Assembly: GCA_032718475.1 (NCBI GenBank)
Contig: JAUCBJ010008787.1
Coordinates: 34,030 to 98,029 of the forward strand
DNA: 64,000 bases
Direction of reading: 5' to 3'
From: Nemertoderma westbladi
Taxonomy: Eukaryota > Animalia > Xenacoelomorpha
Positions 36,259 through 48,200 of this stretch are shown here, in pieces. The position numbers and the translations under genes are program-made. Numbering within the stretch: position 1 is the first letter of the stretch; each line of letters begins with the position of its first letter. A model generated the notes under the pieces. That model was not told the origin of the DNA. It worked only from the letters and a program-made list of their open reading frames with translations, and did not search any database.

Positions 36259-36853
36259 TTAGACAATTGAATGAAATGCAGAAACATTCGCATAAGGAGA
36301 GTGATAATGATGGAAATGAGAGTGATGGGGATGAATCGGAGGAGAGTAGCGATGACAGTGAGGAAGAATCAGAGGAGAGTAGCGATGACAGTGAGGAAGC
36401 ATCAGAGGAGAATGACAATGAAAATGGACAGAAAATCAGAGTAGGGAATGGAAAAGTTATATCTCCAGCAACTGTTGTATATCGACCTAGGATTATGAAC
36501 AGTAACAGTCGTACAGTTAATGCGAGACATTAATTATAACCGAAATATTGTATATGTTTGAAATATTTATTATATTTAGTCGTATTAATTATGTAATTTC
36601 ATAATAATATGCTTAATTAAACAAATAAAGTCAACTTGATCCTGAGTTCTGAGTCGTTTTGTGTGGTGGTGGGTAATTGTATTTGTAATTTTAATTTGTG
36701 TAATGGTCTAATATATATTATATATTATAAACCACTATAAATGATCAGTCCTGTCTGATCCTATTTTAAATGCATAATGAATGAGTAACCAAAACATCAA
36801 ATTAGTTAAACATTTTGACAACAGATAAACAAATATTCTCCTGTGGGGAGAAG

Positions 36854-37080
36854 TGGTGGCTGTGGCTGTGGTTGTGGCTGTGGCTGTGGTTGTGGCTGTG
36901 GCTGTGGCTGTGGCTGTGGTTGTGGCTGTGGCTGTGGTTGTGGCTGTGGCTGTGGCTGTGGTTGTGGTTGTGGCTGTGGTTGTGGCTGTGGCTGTGGCTG
37001 TGGTTGTGGCTGTGGTTGTGGCTGTGGCTGTGGTTGTGGTTGTGGCTGTGGTTGTGGCTATGGTTGTGGCTGTGGCTGTG
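36854..37080. repeat. (GTGGCT/GTGGTT)n hexamer array
   Basis: Directly visible. Confidence 0.95.
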
Positions 37081-37151
37081 GGGAGTGCCTCAGGTCTTAA
37101 ATCAGAGTCTTACAAATTCGAACGTTAACGAACAAATTCAAACGTTACTGT

Positions 37152-37220
37152 TCCACCTTGGTGTAGTGGTTGCTTTGAATTCACATCTCCAATAGGTCGT
37201 GGGTTCAATCCTCACATGGA
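37152..37220 (+). ncRNA. tRNA-like Pol III unit (right inner arm)
   Basis: Box A TGGTGTAGTGG at 37159-37169 and box B GGTTCAATCC at 37202-37211 in a T-arm-like stem. No clean anticodon arm. Confidence 0.5.
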
Positions 37221-38969
37221 CCAGGGCAGTTTTCGTTCGATCAGCAATAGGCCTAACTATACAAAATGTAGTATTATTGCCTAGTAACCAATTCATAGCT
37301 ACCGTATGGTTTTTACTTTGAGACATTTCACCCTCTAGCAGCAGACTCGGATCTTCAGACTACTCTGTGACTCCGCAAAAAGATATAGCCTATATTGTAA
37401 TAGATATCGACTGGGGGGTCAAAATTAAGTAATAATATATCTAAAAAAGTCTCAAACATCTTACCTCATGGCTCGCCCCTCAGAAATCTTAAGCAATATA
37501 GCTTCATATTTTTTAAGGAAAACTGGTAAACGAGATTTGTTACTTACGCATACCTCGCAGACTTAAGTAATTAATTATACAGTAGGTTAGATCGTTTTGA
37601 GAGTAGGACCATTGGAAACAGCGCCTTCGAAAACCTCAGTACAAATAAAATTAATAAGATTAACAGGATATAGCTTGTTATAATAAAACTTAAATTATAA
37701 TACAGTAGAACAATTAGGGTTGTAAATAAAAACAAATTCAATAAATTGAAGATAAACTGTATATAACTTATGTATTAAAAGAGGGCCTTATTTAATTATG
37801 TGCGATCAGGCGCGCAGGTTTAAATTAACATATGCGCTCGCATATGCGGTAATTAATGGTTGTAGTTGGCCTATGTGCGATTGAGGTGATGCTGGCGCGT
37901 AAGATGCAAACCTGTGGTTTCCAATCTTACATAATAGCAAAGCTGGAGGCTTAAATAATTTTCAATTCGTGCAAGCCCCACGTACACGTTGACATACAAT
38001 ATAACTCAACACAGGATTCAATGGGATTAATCTTGCTACATCTTATTGAGGGATGACTCAGGGCCAAACTGGGCCACTTTATTTTCTTGAGAGGGTAATT
38101 TATGTTTTGGGCCCCGCTCGTGTCTTTATATTTAATTCTATCTTTACCTACTGTATGGCAAAAATAATACAAATGTATTGTATATTGTAATGTACAGTGC
38201 CTATTGTATTGTATATTTCATTTGCTGTAGTACAATTTATTCATCTCGTGTCCCTATCTGATTGATTTGTATCAAATTAAATTGCCTTTGGCAACATTAT
38301 TTGATACAAATCGATTGATTAAACAATTAATTAATTGTTTAATCGACCAATTAATTAATTTATTAATTAATTAATGACCTACTTAACACCCAAGGTGTGA
38401 AGTGGGACCAAACTGTCGCAGAAATAGGGTAAACCATTACTACTATTCCCTCGATAATGACATTTTTGAATACTAAATACACTTTATGTTTATGTTACAA
38501 TACTTTATTTTACTTAGAGATCCATACTTTTGATAAACCTGGCATTTCAGGGCATCACACAACGCAACAAGTAGCAACACTGTTATGTCTGTATCTTCTG
38601 CAGCAACAACTAATACTGTTGATCCATTTTGTGCTGCTTCGCCTAATTAAGCGCACTCCACTGCGACCTGCACCTGGCAGCAGGGGTACAGATAAAGGGC
38701 ATGGCCCAGCAGATGAGCTTCATAGCCAATAGTGGGTCATGTGCGTCAGAGTAGGTATATCTGACTCAACTGCGACACCCGCCCTGTGGAATATCAAACC
38801 AGGGTGTGGTCTGTTCCCCGGGAGCTGACTCGGCAAAAAAGTATCCCTAACCCCTCACTATGGATTACATTAGTAATGCGGATGTCCGGCCACTAAATAA
38901 CAGAGGAATTACGCTCGCTGCCTGTCTTACACCCCCCCCCCCCCCTCCCTCCACCCCACAAGAGAGATA

Positions 38970-39400
38970 GTGGCCAAGAAATCTGTGAGTCCCTTTCCTG
39001 ATGACCCAACCAAGCCATTGGTGAGACTGAGGCAAGTCACTAGACTAGCCTCAGTTAATACCCTAACACTGGGGTCCCCATTGCGACAAGGCGAGCTGAC
39101 TACCCTGGCAGATATGATTGACCTTTGCGCAGTGGGTGTTCAAGAGCACCGAATGCAGACTGGTCAGACTATAATGAGGTTCCGATTAAGAACATGGGGT
39201 GCTCTTCTTGGAGACACTGCAATCACTTCAGATGTACGGGAGTTATTCAAGGGGGTGGTGACAGCAGCTATCCTTTGTTCACCTTTTACCTAAATAATTT
39301 AATCCCACTGGTAAAAGACTTAGGTAGTGATGGTTGTGTTGAACAACTGGCTATACTTTTATTAATGGACGATACGATTCTGCTGGTTTCTAGTAGAACA
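38970..39400 (+). pseudogene. Fused LINE fragments: RTE-type APE N-terminus joined to an RT fragment
   Basis: LASVNTLTL..VGVQEHR (APE motifs I-II), followed by GVIQGG..LFTFYLN..LLLMDDT. Confidence 0.6.
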
Positions 39401-40624
39401 AAAATATATCACAGAGTACACCCCTGGACTAAGAATACTCACAGAGTACACCCCTGGACTAAGAATACTCCATTTCCTCTTATGACATCATACGAACTAA
39501 GAATACTTACATACCTAATTAAGTATTTATTAAATAAAGTGGATTTAGTATTCAAAAATGTCATTATCGAGGGAATCATCTTTGCAGAAATAATTTAGGA
39601 ACAATGATGATAAATATATATAATATGCTAAAGTTAATACTAACCTTCTTTTGTGGTAGGTGTCAAGTCATATGTTTGATAGTGTGCATCTGGGTCATCG
39701 TCAATTGCATCCGTAGTCATGGTAACCTGTGAAGGAGTGGTGTCTGAAATGCCATTTAGATGTCACTTGTTATTTTAAAGTATTGTAGTCACATTATGAT
39801 TGCTTTTCATTGACCTAAATATTTTGTCATAATTATGAAACAGAGTGAAATGAGATTAAAATGTTGATAAAGAAAAATATTTCAGACATGGGAATAAATT
39901 TGGTACCATATATAACCGTTATAACAAAACAAGTTTCGCTCTCAGTATAACAAAATTTTTCAAAACTAATATTCAACAACATGTGGCAATTTGTTTTTTT
40001 TTAATAATGATATTGTTCTAGAATGGTAGCTATTTTTCTAAAACATGTCAGTTTTCATTTAGCAGCGCTCCCATGGCAACAATAATTATATTCCAGAATT
40101 TTATGACACATTTAGAATTGTAAGACCAGTAGCTATCTTTTTCAGAAGACGCGATGAACTTCTATTGAGTTATTAGAATACTACAGCATGTTTGATATTT
40201 TACCATTTCCATGACAACCGGTGATAACACCAAGTCAGCTACCGTTTCATATTTGTTATCATATCAAAATGAATGGCCAGAAGCTAGGTCTTCCCAAAAA
40301 TATAAGTTCCAGATGGTTACCTAAAAGTATCCCCTAGGCTGGCTGGCCCATGGACTATAGTTCATGCGGTTGAGCTGGTTGTTTTAGAGTATTTAACAAG
40401 AGTTATCTTCTGACATTCTGTAATCTTTGAATCGAAAGACAAAGCCGTGAAAATGCAGATTCGCCATAAAGCCGTGAACACAGGTTCATTATGAGCCAAC
40501 GCTTCCGCGTGTTGCCTATAGTAATATAATATTAATTTGACTGGCGGTTACTATCAGAAATCGAGCATATTGTAACTAATTGTGATAATTTGCTCGTGTA
40601 GAATTTTGATATATTATCTTATAG

Positions 40625-40819
40625 GATTCGGTGAAACCTGTAGCAGAATTTGATAGTGATGATGATGTTGAAGATATACTTGACACGATAGAGAAATTGG
40701 AAAACGATCCAGCAATTAGCAGATACATGTCTAGTAAAGAAGACCAGAATGAACCAACATTGATTATCAGGTATAGCAACCGTTTTATAGCAACCGTTAC
40801 TAATTGTTCCAGCCAATGA
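40625..40819 (+). other. Possible terminal coding exon of an unidentified gene
   Basis: CTTATAG acceptor, open acidic frame DSVKPVAEFDSDDDVEDIL..., TGA stop, AATAAA at ~40857. Upstream exons were not identified. Confidence 0.3.
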
Positions 40820-40965
40820 CCCAATTAGTGTAATCTACTGAGTGTATGCATTCAACAATAAAAAATATAAAATCATTTGAAAGTTTGTAATATTTTGAAA
40901 TGGTAGTTAAGATTTTAATATAATAAAAAAAAAACGGTGCATGTAATAGTAAATCTATTTTTAAT

Positions 40966-43900
40966 TTATTTGGCTAAAGAAATAAGTTCAGAAAAAGAAA
41001 GTTCGGAAAGTTCAGATTGTCTTCGAGTAGCATTCTTATACAGTGAGTATCTCCTAGAAGTTGCTGAAATCTCCGGACGCACACTCAAGGAAGCTCGACT
41101 CCAAACAACCATGGTGTCTGTATCTGTTTGAGCTGTTTTAGAATAGGATTCTCTGTCTTCAACATGGGGTACTATACCATATCCTCTTCGAATTAACCAA
41201 GATATCGCTTGTCGTTCCGATTTTGCATTTTGCACTGAGGCTCTCAGATGTTCTACCGACGCCAAAGGGAAAAAAGATGCGAGTCTTTTGAAAGAAGTTA
41301 TGCGGTTCGTGGCGATGTTGGAATTTCGCATATTCGCTATCAGTTGGTCGATATATTCGATGCTCTCGTCGAGATTCCAATATGTATTTTTCAGACTAAA
41401 ATCTGCTTTCATGTATCGATACTTCGCAAGGCTGTACAATATAACCATTCCCATAACAATAACGACTGTCCCCACCACGAACAAATAATAATAGCGGCTC
41501 AAAAACGTCCAGGTATCTTTACCTAACACGTGGGAGGCCATCTGGTCCAAGTCCATATCCATAACTGTTTGTAGACACTCACCAGCAATACAACGGCCAC
41601 TGTGTGGCCCACACTCACTACCGTGAACACGAAGTTTAGGTCCACCACCTCCGTTGCTGTTGACAATGCCGAGTTTGCTCGCTAATCGGCATACACCGTG
41701 GCGATCTTGGCAACACAAACTACAAACGTCTTCCCACCCGGAACAAACGCACTCAGACATCCCATTTAGCCGACAAACACTGATGGCGCACACACCTTCA
41801 ATACAAATGCGAGTTCCTTCAGCGCAAAATGTTCCATTGGATTTCTTCTCAGGGCATTCAGCATTCATCCCGCTACACGAACTTGGCTCGCGACATTCCT
41901 CTAAAGGTAGACTGTTGCAGAAGTCGCGAGGAATGACCGCGTCGGTGTTGGCTTGAATTTTGCAATATTTTGTGCAACAAGGAGACTCTTTGTAGCTGCA
42001 TTGGTATCCTTTATTCTTCCGTATCGTACAGGGAACTTCATCGGATTGTGAATCAGACGGAGTGCAGCACGGATCCACGTGTTCGCAAACACCCGCGGTA
42101 CCGCAGTCGCATTCCTCTCCCTCTTCCCTCAGCATGTTGCCGCATACTGCCGCGGTATAAACGTCCTTCAGACACTTTCCTTGCTTCGCTAATATCGGTA
42201 GGATATAATTTTTGCTGCATTGGGAGAATATTTGGTTGTTCGCTTGGTCTCCAAGCAAGGAACTGGGGTGCATTATGAATTTACCGAACGTGCCCTCTCC
42301 TTCAAATTCTCCCGTTTGGCAGTTTTTCACCCCGTCGTGTATCGCGCCCAAAGCGTGGCCAATCTCATGCAGACCGATATACGTCAGGCCTGTTATAGTC
42401 GAGGCTTCGCCATTATATTTCTTCACATTTATTAAAACGATATTCAAAGCGCCTGTAATAATCCGAGTAATTTACTAAAGTCAAAATGCATGATTTTATA
42501 ACTATTCATTTTACAAAAAAGGAAAGTAACATTTTTTTGTCCGACTTTATAATCCGGATTTAGTTAGTTAAAGCATTTTTTTTCGAGACCGAAGGCCGAG
42601 AAAAAATGCATTTATTCTTAAATTGTTACTATTTCGCTCGAATATTCCCCAAAATCGGGAGAAAAAGTATCAGATTTCGTTTCAGTTCTGTTTCGGATTG
42701 CATTGATTTACTTTTATCCCGGCGAAAAAAGTAAAGTAAAATATTTTTGGTGGAATTTATAAATTTTTATTACATGTATTGAAAGAGCATCGACGTAGAA
42801 AAGGTTTGCAAGTAATTTGAGCAAAATCCATTCACACACTCAAAAGTTATTGCAACTTTAGTGCCTACGCGGCGTCCACCAAAACGGAACTCAATATCCA
42901 ATATTGGTTTAAGCGGCTCTTTAGTTACGTGATAAATATTCGAGAACATTAAATTATTTAACATTGAGTAAGGCAGCATCAGGAGTTGAAGAGTACAATA
43001 ATTGGAAACGCAGTAACTATGGAAGAAATATATAGTAAAACTGCAGTTCAATTTAATTTATTTTGTAACACTACTGTACTGTTTGTAGTATATCGCTATG
43101 GTTTATTAAATAATTTAGCAACAAAAAAACACTAATTTAAGGTATTACATGGGAAAAAAACGTAGAACAATTTTTGGCGGGGTAGGCGGGGTAGCTCAGT
43201 TGGTTGAGCGCCGGGCCTGCAATCTATTGGTTGTAGGTTCAGCCCCGCCAGGGTCCACTCAGCCTTTCATCCTCTGGGGTCGATGAAATGAGTACCAGTT
43301 AAATAACTGGGAGCAAATCTTGGGATAGGAGTAGCGCCCACCCCTACCCTCGGGTAGCAGCTATCGAAAGAGGAGCCTTCGGGTCGCCTCCGGCTTCGGC
43401 CGACTGTTTTTTTATTAACTTCGCTGACGCTCGGTAAATAAAATGCCTGGAGAATAATGAAAAAAAGTTATACTTTTTTTTTCCCATGTAATAAATAATT
43501 ATTACCATTGGAATGAGTAATGAATGTCAATGAATGAATAAATTTAATTTTTCTTATAAAAATTGGATAAATTAAAATATTCACTTATGAATAGAAGTTT
43601 AACGTAACTAGTTATCGCAAATTTGATGTCAATTTTGCACCATATTGTGTAATTAATTTAATAATAATAGCTACTATATACTAGCTATTTATACTTTGTT
43701 AGTGAAGGTGATATTCCAGAACGTTAATCAAATAATCAAACCAAAAATTTGATTAAACTAGATACTGGTGCAAAAGATCCTACAACTAAACATTTTAATG
43801 CTAAATTTATTAATAATTGTAATTGTAATTACAATCGTAATTAATAATCGTAATTACTTATCTAGAATAAATAATGCGAAATCAACAGAATAAATTTCTA

Positions 43901-44651
43901 GATCGTTGATTGGATAAATATTTTATTATCAGCATTTTTGGAAGATTGGTTGGATAATTACTTTATTGTCCGCACTTTTGCGGACAATGAAGGGAATATT
44001 ATAAAGAAAACGTGTTAAAAATCAATTAAACATTTCAAAAATAATATGCATAATTTTTTATTGATTTAAACATTTGGGAAATGCCAGTTTGTTTGGAGAT
44101 CAATGGTCAATCGATTGTTGATCTAATCGATCCGATATTTTTAGTCAAGTACTCGGTCGAGTTGAGCCGCATAATCCCCATTGTATATCGTCGTCCCACG
44201 AATCTTGTGCTGTATAGGCCCCTCCTAGGGTCTTACCGAAGTCCATATAAGCTACGATTATCACTAAACACATTCCATTAATTTTAAACAAATCGCCATA
44301 ACTTATCATAACTTTATTAAGACGACATTCTCCTCTATTTCCTCTGCCTTCACAGGTGGTAAAATCAGTTACTACGTTGTAATCTATAATATCGACTTTG
44401 CTGACAAACAGTCGAACGCTATCTGGCGTTTCGTCACCATCGAAATCCTGAACACTAAGCATTTCCGATATTCTGGCGATGTATTTCAGCATTTTTGATA
44501 TCGTCGCTTGTGAATCTTTTCTTTGAAATACGTAATATGAGTTGTCTGCGACGACCTGTATGTGGCAGTACTTGGCGGGTTGGTTGGTACCGAGTCCGTA
44601 ATCTTTTATCACACCAACAAAACATATTGCGACGATTAATAGAAAATTCAT
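40966..44651 (-). CDS. ADAM10/ADAM17-like membrane metalloprotease; exons 44651-44153 and 42452-40966 (661 aa predicted)
   Basis: Hydrophobic N-terminus, CHIQVVAD, zinc motif HEIGHALGAIHD, Met-turn FIMHP, FSQCS, disintegrin CGNMLREEGEECDCG, Cys-rich domain and TM helix. A phase-1 GT-AG intron (weak donor GTACTT; acceptor TTACAG) gives GLCGSTRPSALNIVLI. Confidence 0.88.
43185..43416 (+). mobile_element. tRNA-derived SINE with a conserved central domain (MetaSINE-like), antisense in the ADAM intron
   Basis: Box A GTAGCTCAGTTGGT and degenerate box B GGTTCAGCCCC, then CCACTCAGCCTTTCATCCTCTGGGGTCGATGAAATGAGTACC and a T-rich end. The superfamily assignment is from recall. Confidence 0.75.
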
Positions 44652-45246
44652 AATAAAAGTCGGGAAGTTAAAATTAATAGATATGGGGGGGGGGGGGGGG
44701 GGGGTGATTGTTAGTGGCCTTCACATGAGCGAAATTTCTTGGTGCAACATATGTCAGCATTTTTGGTGTGAGATGTGATCGGTAAACTTGTGTTATAAAG
44801 CTGTAAGCAATGAAAAATACTACTGAAAGATATTTTGTATCTCAAGCATAATATCTTTCACAACGGGAACAAACAAGTCGTGTAGTGCTGCTGCTTCTTT
44901 AGGATGGTTCCGTATGTCCCCCAAGCTCCCATTTGTCTCATTCAGTATCACAGCCCAACTCAACCCCATCATATAACCGACGTTCCTAACCCTAACTACT
45001 AAACAAAATTCAAAACTAACATACTATTCTACAATATTTTTATAGAAAGAATGTCAAAATCTCGCAAAGAAAGAAAAAATAAAATAATATTTTAGAACAT
45101 AAAATATTTTCTTCCAAAACATTCATATTTTTTAAATTAATAGCTAACTCATATTAATAAGAACAGAACAACATATAGATCAACAAATATTTAGGACAAA
45201 CTATAGATAGAACCGATCAAACAATGACAAATTTGGACAAACTGTG

Positions 45247-48200
45247 GTATCAATAAATAGAATAGAACAACAACAATTTATGACAACAACAACAAGTATC
45301 AATAAATAGAACAGAACAACAACAATTTAGGACAACAACAACAAGTATCAATAAATAGAATAGAACAACAACAATTTAGGACAACAACAACAAGTATCAA
45401 TAAATAGAACAGAACAACAACAATTTAGGACAACAACAACAAGTATCAATAAATAGAACAGAACAACAACAATTTAGGACAACAACAACAAGTATCAATA
45501 AATAGAACAGAACAACAACAATTTAGGACAACAACAACAAGTATCAATAAATATAATAGAACAACAACAATTTAGGACAACAACAACAAGTATCAATAAA
45601 TAGAACAGAACAACAACTATTTAGGACAACAACAACAAGTAACAATAAATAGAACAGAACAACAACAATTTAGGACAACAACAACAAGTATCAATAAATA
45701 GAACAGAACAACAACAATTTAGGACAACAACAACAAGTATCAATAATTAGACCAGAACAACAACAATTTAGGACAACAACAACAAGTATCAATAAATAGA
45801 ATAGAACAACAACAATTTAGGACAACAACAACAAGTATCAATAAATAGAATAGAACAACAACAATTTAGGACAACAACAACAAGTATCAATAAATAGAAC
45901 AGAACAACAACTATTTAGGACAACAACAACAAGTATCAATAAATAGAATAGAACAACAACAATTTAGGACAACAACAACAAGTATCTATAAATAGAATAG
46001 AACAACAACAATTTAGGACAACAACAATTTAGGACAACAACAACAAGTATCAATAAATAGAACAGAACAACAACTATTTAGGACAACAACAACAAGTATC
46101 AATAAATAGAACAGAACAACAACTATTTAGGACAACAACAACAAGTATCAATAAATAGAACAGAACAACAACAATTTAGGACAACAACAACAAGTATCAA
46201 TAAATAGAATAGAACAACAACAATTTAGGACAACAACAACAAGTATCAATAAATATAATAGAACAACAACAATTTAGGACAACAACAACAAGTATCTATA
46301 AATAGAACAGAACAACAACTATTTAGGACAACAACAACAAGTATCAATAAATAGACCAGAACAACAATAATTTAGGACAACAACAACAAGTATCAATAAA
46401 TAGAACAGAACAACAACAATTTAGGACAACAACAACAAGTATCTATAAATAGAATAGAACAACAACAATTTAGGACAACAACAACAAGTATCAATAAATA
46501 TAATATAACAACAACAAGTATCAATAAATATAATATAACAACAACAATTTAGGACAACAACAACAAGTATCAATAAATAGAATAGAACAACAACAATTTA
46601 TGACAACAACAACAAGTATCAATAAATAGAACAGAACAACAACAATTTAGGACAACAACAACAAGTATCAATAAATAGAACAGAACAACAACAATTTATG
46701 ACAACAACAACAAGTATCAATAAATAGACCAGAACAACAATAATTTAGGACAACAACAACAAGTATCAATAAATAGAACAGAACAACAACAATTTAGGAC
46801 AACAACAACAAGTATCTATAAATAGAATAGAACAACAACAATTTAGGACAACAACAACAAGTATCAATAAATAGAATAGAACAACAACTATTTAGGACAA
46901 CAACAACAAGTATCAATAAATATAATAGAACAACAACAATTTATGACAACAACAACAAGTATCTATAAATAGAACAGAACAACAACTATTTAGGACAACA
47001 ACAACAAGTATCAATAAATAGAATAGAACAACAATAATTTAGGACAACAACAACAAGTATCAATAAATAGAACAGAACAACAACAATTTAGGACAACAAC
47101 AACAAGTATCTATAAATAGAATAGAACAACAACAATTTAGGACAACAACAACAAGTATCAATAAATATAATATAACAACAACAATTTAGGACAACAACAA
47201 CAAGTATCAATAAATATAATATAACAACAACAATTTAGGACAACAACAACAAGTATCAATAAATAGAATAGAACAACAACAATTTATGACAACAACAACA
47301 AGTATCAATAAATAGAACAGAACAACAACAATTTAGGACAACAACAACAAGTATCAATAAATAGAACAGAACAACAACAATTTATGACAACAACAACAAG
47401 TATCAATAAATAGACCAGAACAACAATAATTTAGGACAACAACAACAAATATCAATAAATATAACAGAACAACAACAATTTAGGACAACAACAACAAGTA
47501 TCTATAAATAGAATAGAACAACAACAATTTAGGACAACAACAACAAGTATCAATAAATAGAATAGAACAACAACTATTTAGGACAACAACAACAAGTATC
47601 AATAAATAGAACAGAACAACAACAATTTATGACAACAACAACAAGTATCAATAAATATAATAGAACAACAACAATTTAGGACAACAACAACAAGTATCAA
47701 TAAATAGAACAGAACAACAACAATTTAGGACAACAACAACAAGTATCAATAAATATAATAGAACAACAACAATTTAGGACAACAACAACAAGTATCAATA
47801 AATAGAACAGAACAACAACTATTTAGGACAACAACAACAAGTATCAATAAATAGAATAGAACAACAACAATGTAAGACAACAACAACAAGTATAAATAAA
47901 TAGAACAGAACAACAACTATTTAGGACAAAAACAACAAGTATCAATAAATAGAACAGAACAACAACAATTTATGACAACAACAACAAGTATCAATAAATA
48001 GACCAGAACAACAATAATTTAGGACAACAACAACAAGTATCAATAAATAGAACAGAACAACAACAATTTAGGACAACAACAACAAGTATCTATAAATAGA
48101 ATAGAACAACAACAATTTAGGACAACAACAACAAGTATCAATAAATAGAATAGAACAACAACTATTTAGGACAACAACAACAAGTATCAATAAATAGAAC

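Larger units (their letters stand above)
33862..38444. mobile_element. Non-autonomous long-TIR element with Polinton/Maverick-like AGTAGT termini
   Basis: ~400-bp TIRs at 33862-34262 and 38043-38444 with ends AGTAGTAAT...ATTACTACT. No matching 6-bp TSD (AACACT vs ATTCCC). No polB or integrase. Confidence 0.65.

Noticed and set aside
34518-37195. WLWL, CGCG and VAVA ORFs
   Set aside because: They are translations of hexamer arrays that contain no stop codons.
38820-38910. HDV-like ribozyme in an RTE 5' UTR
   Set aside because: It is expected for RTE elements, but I could not build the P1-P3 pairings by eye. An Infernal search would be needed.
43185-43256. Functional tRNA gene
   Set aside because: The T-arm and acceptor stem are degenerate and it runs directly into a SINE body. 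The tRNA-like units at 10870 and 37152 also lack a full cloverleaf.
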